From the NCBI GenBank assembly GCA_010093995.1, contig ML992503.1:471662-535661 (forward strand): DNA of 64,000 nt, read 5' to 3'. The position numbers and the translations under genes were made by a program. How positions within the stretch are numbered: the first letter of the stretch is position 1; every line of letters begins with the position of its first letter. The notes below the pieces were generated by a model. That model did no database searches, was not told the DNA's origin, and worked only from the letters and a program-made list of their open reading frames with translations. This DNA comes from Elsinoe ampelina. Lineage: Eukaryota. Positions 10,690 to 21,108 of this stretch are shown piece after piece.

Positions 10690-11925
10690 TCAATAAGTCG
10701 GACTATCCCCGAACCCCTCACTCCAATCCACCACCTCCCCTCCCACAACCTGCACCCTTTTGTCCAACACCTCATCCTCCACCACCTCCCCGCCCTCATA
10801 CCGAAACAACTTCTCAATCGCTTCAATCTCCTGCGCCTCCCTCCCCCTCGCACCCGACACGACCTCCCGCCTCGTCCTCGTCCTCCCATCCTGACCAATC
10901 TCCCACCCCTGGAACGCCGTCTTGGCAAGCCGCATCTGCTCCATCCACTCGGCCTCCATCTTCTCCCTGCGCTTCGGCGTCTGGCGCCCGCGCCCCATTT
11001 CTTCGAAGAATTTCGCGTTGGCGCGCGACGAGGGCTCGACGAACGCCCGGACCTTGTTGAGCATGGATTGGACTTTGGCTTTGGTGAGGGCCTCGCTGCG
11101 AAGGCATTCTTCGATGGTTGAGGTGCCGAGGTTGGGGGCTTCGGAGGGGTCCCAAGAGGGTGGAGGGGTGGAGAGGATGTCGTCGATGTGGAGGCGGAGG
11201 GTTTCGGTGGTGGATTTGAATTGTTTGGTGGCTCGTTTGAGGGTGACTTTGAGGTCGTTGCGTTCAATGGCGTTGTAATGGAGATGCTCAGGGAGACGGG
11301 AGATGGAAAATTCTGGTGGTCGAAGCAGGTCGTCTACCGCGTCTTCGTTGGTTTTCATGGTAATGAGGAGGTTTTTGTATTGCTTCTTCTCGAATCGTGC
11401 CAGTCCATCGAAGTGGTGTCGCGTTACGGTGGCGTAGCTGATGTTTTTCTTGATTTGTTCTTTGAGGGGGCGAGCCGGCGGATTGACGACTTCTGGACTC
11501 TTTCGATTCCGTCTTTTCCTGGATTTGGATGAATTTTTGACTGCAGGTACCTCCACTGTGGACGGAGCCATTGATTGAGAAGCTCTTATTACAGATGGTA
11601 GGATTGGCCGACTGGACAATGCTGGCCGTGCCACTGAGCTATCCCACGGTGTTCGATGCTCATCACGACTACTCGCGTTGGTCGTCCGGCCGTATGTGAG
11701 GACTCTGCTTTTGCTACGGCTGGGCCCTTGATCAGGGGAGGATGCAGCATCATTTTCCAGTGAGCGAACTTTCTTGGTCTTGGAAGCACCAGCGTCTGAA
11801 TTCGTATTTTTGAGCGCTGGAGATCCTTTTCGTGACTCCAAGCGTCTTGCGGATGAAAACAATCGCCTCAGAGTGGCACTGTTTGTCGTCTTCCGGCACG
11901 ACTGGCAGATCCAGATTGCGGACAT
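10690..11925 (-). CDS. Hypothetical protein (~411 aa), possible mitochondrial presequence
   Basis: Long ORF. The first ATG gives MSAIWICQSCRKTTNSATLRRLFSSARRL (Arg/Ser-rich, no acidic residues). No recognised domain. Confidence 0.6.
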   Translation of the reverse strand: MSAIWICQSCRKTTNSATLRRLFSSARRLESRKGSPALKNTNSDAGASKTKKVRSLENDAASSPDQGPSRSKSRVLTYGRTTNASSRDEHRTPWDSSVARPALSSRPILPSVIRASQSMAPSTVEVPAVKNSSKSRKRRNRKSPEVVNPPARPLKEQIKKNISYATVTRHHFDGLARFEKKQYKNLLITMKTNEDAVDDLLRPPEFSISRLPEHLHYNAIERNDLKVTLKRATKQFKSTTETLRLHIDDILSTPPPSWDPSEAPNLGTSTIEECLRSEALTKAKVQSMLNKVRAFVEPSSRANAKFFEEMGRGRQTPKRREKMEAEWMEQMRLAKTAFQGWEIGQDGRTRTRREVVSGARGREAQEIEAIEKLFRYEGGEVVEDEVLDKRVQVVGGEVVDWSEGFGDSPTY

Positions 11926-12374
11926 TCTCGCAATGCCCAATCGCGGACTATGTCGCTCATCACAGCCGATGCAATAGAACCCAGTAGAGTCTAATCCCTT
12001 CTCCACCCACGTAAACAGTCGTGGTAGCTGCTAATAGGCGCTGCTCCTACCTCTTGGTGGATCAACTTTAGAGTCCAACTCTGCGTCCCTGTAGATGCAG
12101 TAACACAACGGCGTGTGGTGAGTGAGTCCAACGCTTAACACCAGGAGCAAAATCCAGATCTCCAGCAGGAATGTGAGTCACAAAAAGCAACGGTGCGATG
12201 GTATATAGAAGATCGATCAGAACTGTGAAGCTTGCCGCCATCAAGTCAACTTGAGGTCACATGCGCGGAAAATCGATTCGCCGCCCTGACGCGCCAAGAC
12301 TTTTTGGCGGGACGAACTTTCTCAATCCTCAAAGACGAGAAGGAACAGAACAGTCTCGACGACAACGCGCAATC

Positions 12375-15008
12375 ATGTCTCGCTTTTTCTACGGCAGCGA
12401 GAGCTCCAGCGAAAGCTCTTCCGAAGAGGAGTCGCTTTACGGATCCGATGAGGAGCAGCCAACAAAGGCCGAGGAGGACTCTTCCGAAGAAGAGTCTGAT
12501 GAGGACGAGGATGACTCGGATTCGGATTCCAGCGACGATGGAAAGACTGGTGCGAATCGATTCTTGAAGGAAGCGTCCGAAGAGTCGGAGAGCGACGATG
12601 AGGATCGTGTGACTGTGGTGAAAAGCGCAAAGGACAAACGGTTCGACGAACTGGAAGCCATCATCAAGCAGATTGAGAATGCAGAGAAGATCAATGACTG
12701 GAATGTCATCTCAGATGGTATATGAAGTTCTGGGGATTAGTAGAAACAACAGCTGACGTATGCAGCGTTCGACAAGATGAACAAGCTCGTACCGGTACTC
12801 CAGCGCAACAACAATGGCAAGTCACCAAAGCTGTATATCAAGACGATAGCAGAGTTGGAAACGAGCACAGCAGAGGCTATCGAGAAGCAAAAGGTCACGC
12901 CAAAGAAGGTCAGCAAGCTCGCATCTCAGGGATTGAATGCTATGCGCCAAAAGATCAGAAGGAACAACCGCGAATTCGAATCAGAAGTCAAGGCCTACCG
13001 CGAGAAACCCGACGAATTCATGAAAGAGGAGGTTGTTGAGGAGCTTGCACCTATCGCAAAGAAGCCGAAGCGAGCTCTTGTGGATCCTCTGCAGCAGGCG
13101 GATGAGGATGATGGAGGATTCACACTCATCGGCGCTGGAGGCAAGGCTATGACCTACACACCTGAGAGCATTCTCAAGCACCTGCGAACTATCGTCGAAT
13201 CAAGAGGACGAAAGAACACGGATCGCGGAGAGCAGATCAGAGTTATGGAGAAACTGCTGGAAGTGGCCACTACCGACTATCAAAGAGTGCGAGTTCTGCT
13301 GCTCCTCATTGCCACAAGATTCGACTTGTCCGGCGGTGCAGGCAACCAGATGTCACAAGAAAGCTGGAAGGCTGCGCAGTCCGAGCTTTCCAAGCTGCTC
13401 GAAGTACTTGAGTCAAGCACAAACTTGATCGTTACCGAAGCGGCCGAAGAATGGGAGAACGATGATAAGCAGCCCGAGATCGACCCCAAGGTCAACTTCA
13501 AGATCCCTGGCAGCGTTGTATCACTCGCGGAACGTCTCGACGACGAGCTCACACGCGTTCTGCAAGCAGTCGACCCTCACACCGCAGAGTATGTTGAGAG
13601 GCTCAGTGATGAAGGCTCTCTTTACGAGATTCTCGTACGCGCCATGATCTACTGCGAGCGAATCAGCGCCGACGCTTCGCTGGACATTCCCAAGGAGACT
13701 GCCAACCGAGCAGTGCAGCGTCGCCTGGAACACGTCTACTTCAAGCCATCCCAAGTCGTCGCTATCCTGGAGGAACAGACATGGAAAGCTCTACCCACCG
13801 CCATCGACTCTGCCACCACACCCCGATCACAGGCTGAAGACGCGACATTGATCGTCAAGACACTCTGCAATTTTCTTTTCAAGAACAGTGATGGCATCAT
13901 CCGAGCTCGAGCAATGCTTTGCCAGATTTACCACCTCGCCATCCACGATGCATACTACCAATCCCGTGACATGCTGCTCATGTCCCATCTTCAGGAGACG
14001 ATTGGTAGCTTTGATGTCGCCACCCAAATTCTGTTCAACCGCACACTCACCCAGGTCGGTCTCTGCGCATTCCGCGCTGGACTCGTATACGAAGCGCAAA
14101 ACTCACTGCAAGAGATTTGCGGCAGTCAAAGACAAAAGGAATTGCTTGCACAAGGTCTTCAGCTTCAACGATACTCACAGATTACGCCCGAGCAAGAGCG
14201 TCTCGAACGTCAACGCCAACTTCCCTTCCACATGCACATCAACCTTGAGCTACTTGAATGCGTGTACCTCACATGCTCGATGCTACTCGAGATCCCTCTT
14301 CTGGCTCAGGTCGGCTCATCTCCTGACATCAAGAAGCGAGTCATCAGCAAGTCATACCGCCGCATGCTCGAATACCATGAGCGCCAGATCTTCACCGGGC
14401 CACCAGAGAACACGCGTGACCATGTCATGCAGGCATCAAAGGCTCTGGCTCAGGGTGAGTGGAAGAAGGCTGCAGAGTTTATCATCTCAATCAAGATCTG
14501 GGACCTCCTACCGCAAGCAGCAAAGATCAAGACGATGCTGGAGGAGCAGATCCAGGAGGAAGGCCTCCGCACTTACCTTTTCACCTACGCGCCTTTCTAC
14601 GACACGCTCTCGCTCAAGGAACTCGCGTCCATGTTCGAGCTCAGTGAGCGTAAGGTATCAGCCGTTGTCAGCAAGATGATCAGCCACGAAGAGCTCGCGG
14701 CTGCGCTCGATCAAGTCAACAGCGCCGTCATTTTCCGCAAGGGCGTCGAGCTCAGTCGCCTACAGAGCCTGGCTCTCACACTCAGCGACAAGGCCAGCGG
14801 ACTCATTGAGAGCAACGAGCGGACGCTGGAGACACGCACACAAGGCATGGCCAATGCGTTCGAGCGACAGGGCGGACAACGTGGTGGACGAGGAGGCGCG
14901 AGAGGTGGTCGTGGTCGTGGCGGTCTTGGGGGTCGTGGACGAGGAGGTGGCGGCGGCGGTGGCGGCGGATTCACAGGTGGTGTGCTGGGGAACGCGATCC
15001 GGGCATGA
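12375..15008 (+). CDS. NIP1: Translation initiation factor eIF3 subunit c; exons 12375-12717, 12766-15008
   Basis: MSRFF start with an acidic N-terminus, [33 protein letters not shown], a PCI region and a C-terminal RGG tract. Confidence 0.96.
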
Positions 15009-16286
15009 GCATCTATTCTACTTGGCAGAGTGTCAAGTATGGTTTACTGGAGTTCATCAGCGGCGGGACGCATGGGTTCTGCTGGAGCATGTAGACATGG
15101 TTCATGAAAAGCTATCTGAACAAGAAATATGCAAATCCCCTATTTTGCCATCGAGCCTTCAGCTGGAGCAGTAGGTGCGGGGTACATGTCCACGGCATGC
15201 ATGCTCAACCTGGACATGGCTCCGGATTGAGCAAGAGGTGGATTGATGCAATTCGCACATCATCCGTACCAGACTATCGGATGCATGCTTGCATACTGTA
15301 CATTATTCTCGATGCATATTTTATTGGAGGCGTTCTCGTATTCTCTGGTCCATCAGCCACGGATCCTTTTCCTTCCTCTAGGCCGCCCGGGGTCCCACTT
15401 GGTCGCCCACTAGCCTGCATTTCTATGGTCTTGCCGAGCTGAAGATTGCCCCTCCAACACCCAATTGAGATCACCTCAGCCCGGTCACTGTTTGGCGAAC
15501 ACAGACACACACAGAAGGTGTCAAATCACTGTGACTGTTCAGGTAGAGTTCATGCAGGTCTCGCCGTGAACCGTTTTCTGGTGGAGAAAGGGCTTTGCTC
15601 AATCTGCCTCATCCGTCCAGTATTGAGACAGGACCGGTGCGCTGGGCAATGCCTGGCGGAGACCAATGATAGTGTATGGGCTGCAGAAAACCGGAAGGGT
15701 ATATGTTAAATTGCTGCAGCACGACTATCGGTATCGTACAGGGAACGGTGGCTTGCTGTGCTGTCAGCTCTGGAACCAAGCACAATTCCAGTCGCATAGC
15801 ACTCACACGGGATCCCATGGCCGCGGTACGAGCGGAAGAGCCACTCAGCGAGCGAACGCCTCTGGGATGCCGGGAGACTTTTGGCGACCTTTTCGGGCCT
15901 GAAAGCTTGCCTCTCCCTGATTTTAGGGCATGCCTCACTGCTACCCGTCTGATGGCGGAATTTCTGCAGGCCTGTCTTACTTTTGCTGTGCTTGTTCCTG
16001 TTGTCTTTCTTACTCTTGTGCAACACTCCGCGGTAGGTCTCTTTTGTCAATTGTGCTACCCGTTCAGACCGTTTGATACCGTTGCGCCGCTACGCCGCGA
16101 TTCTGCATCGATCCTGTTCACGGCTGGAACATCTGGAAGCTGCATCTCTCTGGACAACGGTCGTTCGAGTGTTTGCGACTTAGCCTGTTCGTGGGTTCCT
16201 TCTAACACCATCAAGAAATTGGACGATAGAAAGAACAAGGGTGTCCAGGTCGATTGGCAAGGATACCACCACCTCACACAGCCGCC

Positions 16287-17996
16287 ATGGCGGCCAGGCC
16301 AGTCACTCGACTTGCTTCGAGCCCTGCGCTGTACCTTTTCGCATTCATCCTGATTGGCCTTCTCTACACAAAACGACATGAAGCACCGCGGCCCTCAGAA
16401 TGGGTGCAAAAGCTCAAAGGCTCGCATTTGGAGCAAGCACATCACCAAGCAGAGTACCTACCCGACACCCTCGAAGCCCAGCCCCATCCCATCAAGGCAT
16501 TACACGAGCAGGCAATGCAGAAGTTCCAGGCCATGGTGAAGCGGCAATCAAAGACTTTGGAAGAGGCGGTGACAGAATACAAGAGGCGGTATCGGCGGAA
16601 CCCACCACCTGGATTCGACAAATGGTATGAATACGCGGTCAAGCACGAGTCGGTAATCATTGATGAGTTTGACATGATCAACGAGGCCATGGAGCCTTTC
16701 TGGGCACAATCCCCATCGACAATAAGAGCAGTTTCACAAAAAGCGTCCTCGGGCTATGCATTATGGACATTCAGTATACACAATGGACACGCCATTTCTG
16801 GGGAGTACAATTGGATGGGCGACCGCATAAAAGACGCGCTCGGCGATGCGGTGCATGATATACCGAACCTGGAGATTCTGATGAATCCGCTGGATGAGCC
16901 ACGGATATTGCTCTCCAAATTCCCTCCCACTGATGAGGTGCGTTGGAATGATCAGTCCTTCCAATCAGCATACCCATTCGTCTCCGAGCCATGCTCGCAT
17001 CTACCGACTCCGAAGACAGGTACCATACCTGATAAGAGCATCGAGACGTATTCCCTACCTTTCATCACATCATCTTCTTCCGCCCAGGATATATGCACAA
17101 ATCCTGCATTCGCCAACAACCACGGCTTCCTCATCGCACCGAACAGTCTCATGATCACCGACTCTCCTGTACCAATTCTCTCTCAAGCCGCTCCCTCGAC
17201 CTTCTCCGACATCCTTTATCCTTCAATGTGGTACTGGGACCACATCATTTCCGATCTCGACGAGTATGACCCGGAATGGGACGACAAGCGCAACAAGGTC
17301 TACTGGGCCGGCAGCACGACCGGCGGCTACAACCGCAACAATACCGCAGCCTCACCAGCGTGGTCCTCGCATCGCCATCGCTTCGTGAAAATGACCCGGC
17401 AGATCGGCGAAGGTGTCTACTCCTTCCTGACCCGCAGCAATGTCGACAAGAACATCAACGGCTCCGTGACCACCGCACCTGGCGAAAAGACGGGCTGGAT
17501 CCGCTACGAAAGCGAAGAAGTCCTCGCCCAGCTGTACGACACAAAGTTCACCCGCACTGTGCAGTGCGACAAAGAGGAGTGCGAGCGAATGAGGGAATAT
17601 TACCAGATCACTCAACCAGAAGACGGTCGGTTACCATTCAAGAGCCGCTTTCTCATGGACATGGACGGGAATAGCTTTTCTGGCCGGTTCTACAGCTTTT
17701 TGCAAAGCAGAGGGTGTCCGCTCAAGCAGACTATCTTCCGGGAGTGGCACGACGAGAGGCTGGTGCCGTGGGTGCACTATATCCCCGTCAGTGTAGGGCT
17801 GGAGGAGCTGCCGGAGACGGTGCGGTATTTGGCCTTGACAACGGAGGGGAGCTCCGTTGCGAGAGAGGTGGCGGGGAGGGGAAGGGAGTGGCATGGACGA
17901 GTGTTGAGGAGGGAAGACGCGGCGATATATTTGTACAGGCTGTTTTTGGAGTATGCGAGAGTCACCACTGATGGCAGGGACGATAGTAGAGTATAG
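16287..17996 (+). CDS. CAP10/CXT1-like glycosyltransferase family 90 (type II membrane protein)
   Basis: N-terminal TM segment, QSKTLEEAVTEYKRRYRRNPPPGFDKW, NPLDEPR, YWAGSTTGG, DMDGNSFSGRF and WHDERLVPWVHYIP. Confidence 0.92.
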   Translation: MAARPVTRLASSPALYLFAFILIGLLYTKRHEAPRPSEWVQKLKGSHLEQAHHQAEYLPDTLEAQPHPIKALHEQAMQKFQAMVKRQSKTLEEAVTEYKRRYRRNPPPGFDKWYEYAVKHESVIIDEFDMINEAMEPFWAQSPSTIRAVSQKASSGYALWTFSIHNGHAISGEYNWMGDRIKDALGDAVHDIPNLEILMNPLDEPRILLSKFPPTDEVRWNDQSFQSAYPFVSEPCSHLPTPKTGTIPDKSIETYSLPFITSSSSAQDICTNPAFANNHGFLIAPNSLMITDSPVPILSQAAPSTFSDILYPSMWYWDHIISDLDEYDPEWDDKRNKVYWAGSTTGGYNRNNTAASPAWSSHRHRFVKMTRQIGEGVYSFLTRSNVDKNINGSVTTAPGEKTGWIRYESEEVLAQLYDTKFTRTVQCDKEECERMREYYQITQPEDGRLPFKSRFLMDMDGNSFSGRFYSFLQSRGCPLKQTIFREWHDERLVPWVHYIPVSVGLEELPETVRYLALTTEGSSVAREVAGRGREWHGRVLRREDAAIYLYRLFLEYARVTTDGRDDSRV

Positions 17997-18197
17997 ATCT
18001 TACCAGGTTTGGGTTACGAATGAAATGCCTCCATTATCATGCACTTGGCCTGTATACATGTCCTCGCATATCCGACCGACTCCGATGACGTTGACCCGTC
18101 AACAACACGCGCATCATCATCCGAGGCGGTGCGCGAAATGTCGGAACAATCTGTTGGGATAAAATTATCGCTGAGCCGCAATCCAGACAATGGCAGT

Positions 18198-18232
18198 GCC
18201 AATCAGGGTGTTCTGCTCCGGTGTCGTACGAT
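18198..18232 (+). promoter_or_regulatory. Putative CCAAT box plus SRE-like palindrome upstream of ERG13
   Basis: gccaatca (CCAAT at 18199-18203) lies about 20 bp from GTCGTACGAT (18223-32), which resembles fungal SREBP sites of the ATCNTACGAT type. Confidence 0.4.
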
Positions 18233-18597
18233 CCTTGGATGTGGAGACTGCGCAGGCCGCTAGCTCAGGGACGCGACCGCGAATCCAATTGTGGCGCCAG
18301 AAATTTTGGGGTGCACCTTGTTCTCAAGAAGTCGGACGACTGCAAGATTGCGATTGACCGCATCGGTCCATTTGCTTTTGTTTCAACAACTCACGACCTT
18401 GATCTTTGTGACTCTCATACTGCTTGTCTATACTATCTTGAGACTTCAATCTCTCTTTTGCAAGAACAATACTGCTCAGAAGCATTCTGCAAAGCATACC
18501 CCGCTGTAGCATATCAGACCATTCGCTGGGTAATCTGCCTCCTACACCGCTCAACAGAGACACTTCTCCATACCAATAGCACAGCAAGATAGTCAAG

Positions 18598-20027
18598 ATG
18601 GCTGCTCGTCCTTCCAACATTGGTATCAAGGCTCTTGAGCTCTACTTCCCAAGCCAGGTATGTTCTCCCACCGTCTCGTGACTATTCTTCCTGACCTGCC
18701 CCAGTGTGTCGACCAAGCAGAGCTTGAAAAGTTCGATGGCGTCTCGCAAGGCAAATACACCATCGGTCTCGGCCAAACCAGGATGAGCTTCTGCGACGAC
18801 CGCGAAGACATCTACTCCCTCGCCCTCACCACTGTCTCTTCCCTCCTCAAAAAGTACAACATTGACCCCGCCTCGATCGGCCGCCTGGAGGTCGGCACAG
18901 AGACTCTGCTCGACAAGTCAAAGTCTGTCAAGACTGTTCTCATGCAACTTTTTGAAGAGTCGGGCAACACAAACGTCGAGGGCGTGGACACCGTGAATGC
19001 CTGCTACGGCGGCACAAACGCTCTCTTCAACACAATCAACTGGATGGAGTCTTCAGCATGGGACGGCAGGAACGCCATCGTTGTCGCTGGTGACATTGCT
19101 CTGTACAAGAAGGGCAATGCTCGCCCCACTGGTGGTGCTGGCTGCGTCGCCATGCTCGTCACTCCCGATGCTCCGATTGTTTTCGAGCCAGGTCTTCGTG
19201 GCAGCTTCATCAAGCACGCTTATGACTTCTACAAGCCAGATCTGACCAGCGAGTACCCGATTGTGGACGGCCAATTCTCCATCCAGTGCTACACTGAGGC
19301 AGTGGACGCTTGCTACAAGGCTTACAACTCGCGAGAGGAGAAGCTCAAGGCACAGCTCAACGGGTCCTACACCAATGGCAGCACGTCAGAGCAGGAGACG
19401 CCCCTCGATCGATTCGACCACATGTGCTTCCATGCTCCGACATGCAAGCTCGTGTCAAAGTCGTATGCTCGCCTGCTTTACAACGACTATCTTGCTGATC
19501 CAGAGAACGCCATCTTCGCCGACGTGCCCAAGGAGCTCAAGGATGTGCCGGCCAAGGAGTCGCTAACGGACAAGACGATCGAGAAGACCTTCATCGGGCT
19601 TGCGAAGAAGCGGTTCGCTGCTCGCGTCCAGCCTTCGATCCAGGTTCCTACCATGTGCGGCAACATGTACAGCGCCTCGGTCTATGGCTCTCTGTGCTCG
19701 TTGATCTCGAATGTGTCCAACAGCGATCTGCAGGGCAGACGTGTGGGCATCTTCAGCTACGGGTCCGGTCTCGCTTCGTCCCTGTTCTCGCTCAAGATCA
19801 AGGGATCAGTTGAGGAGATCCAGAAGAAGCTTGACCTCCAGGCCAGAATCGACGGCCGCCGTGTCGTTGCCCCAGAGGTCTACGACGAGATGTGCAACCT
19901 CCGTGAGCACGCACATCTCAAGAAGAACTACACACCTGCCGGAAGCTCTGAGACTATCGCATCCGGTGCATACTACCTGACTGGCATTGATGACATGTTC
20001 AGGAGGACATATGAGGTCAAGGCATGA
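18598..20027 (+). CDS. ERG13: HMG-CoA synthase; exons 18598-18657, 18705-20027
   Basis: [26 protein letters not shown], catalytic NACYGGT, DFYKP, GNMYSAS and FSYGSG. Confidence 0.97.
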
Positions 20028-21108
20028 AGACGTGATTTGTAGGGAGGATAGAGACGAACACGTGCAGGACAAGGCGGAGGTTTTTCGGCCGACATGCAAG
20101 GCCATGACCACCAAAACATTGACAGGAGAAGTCTTGTGGTGGTAGAGCCAAGTATCCAAGATACATGGCATCGCCTTGACTTTTTCATTGCAGCGAGGGC
20201 AAGGCGCTGCAGGACCGACGGGTAGAGTGGTAATTCTGTTGAATAATTAGAATCAAGAATTCATGGATCGATCAAATTGACGAGAAGGATGCGTACCAAG
20301 GCAAAAGGTCAAGGCTAGGTACGTCAAAGTACCTCCCGGACACAAGAGAGGGAGGGAGTGAGAGACGGCACGTAGGGCGAGAGAATTTCGTCATGATCCC
20401 AAAGCCGAAAGCGTGTCGTTGTGCTTGATCGATGGGGGACACGGGAAATCTATCGCTCAATGCCTCGTGGCAGCTGGCTCCTGCAGAGTCTGCAGATGAA
20501 TGTTTTGCGTCAAGAGATAAGATCCGTGAAGAATTGGATTGAGAAGATGTTGTAGACGGTGACTCCGTGATCGATGAGGACCAACTTCACACCATGCCCT
20601 TCCCAGGCCACAAACGGCTCCGAATGGTTCGGGGCTTGAATGTCGCTTGGCTTTGAGATCGACGACCATGTCCGGGCACAGACAGGAAACAGAGCTACTG
20701 TACGAGGAGCAGACGGAGACGGTGGGAGACCAAAGACAGATCAGAGTTAGCACAGAGTTCTACTAACGGTATAGTCCCAAACGGACCTTGGCGGGAGGCA
20801 CTCGTGCTGGCTTGCGATTGGCTCGACGCTTTCCCTCGTCTCGCTCTCGCACTGGAGCGCCGCTGCAACCGCTCCCTCATGCCATCTTGGCCAATCTCTC
20901 CTCTCCTCCCCAGTTGCCAGTCGCCAGTGAACGTGAGACTGCCTCCAATCCTCTCAGCCCAAACTACCACACCTTGAACTCCCACAACGGCCATTTGTCT
21001 CTGCCTTTCGACCGCTTCTGGACGCATTGCCGTTGACTCGGCACTCATCATCAGTGGTTTGGCCGTCCTTCATCCTGCCCAGCGGCCTCGTCCGGTCGCG
21101 TCCCAGCA

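Noticed and set aside
15676..16353. 225-aa ORF upstream of and overlapping the GT90 gene
   Set aside because: No recognisable motifs or codon bias, and it overlaps the real CDS out of frame; probably promoter or 5' UTR.
2303..20027. Secondary-metabolite cluster linking the NRPS-like gene, GT90 and HMG-CoA synthase
   Set aside because: The genes are separated by housekeeping genes such as eIF3c, ERG13 looks like the canonical copy, and there are no tailoring genes or regulator.
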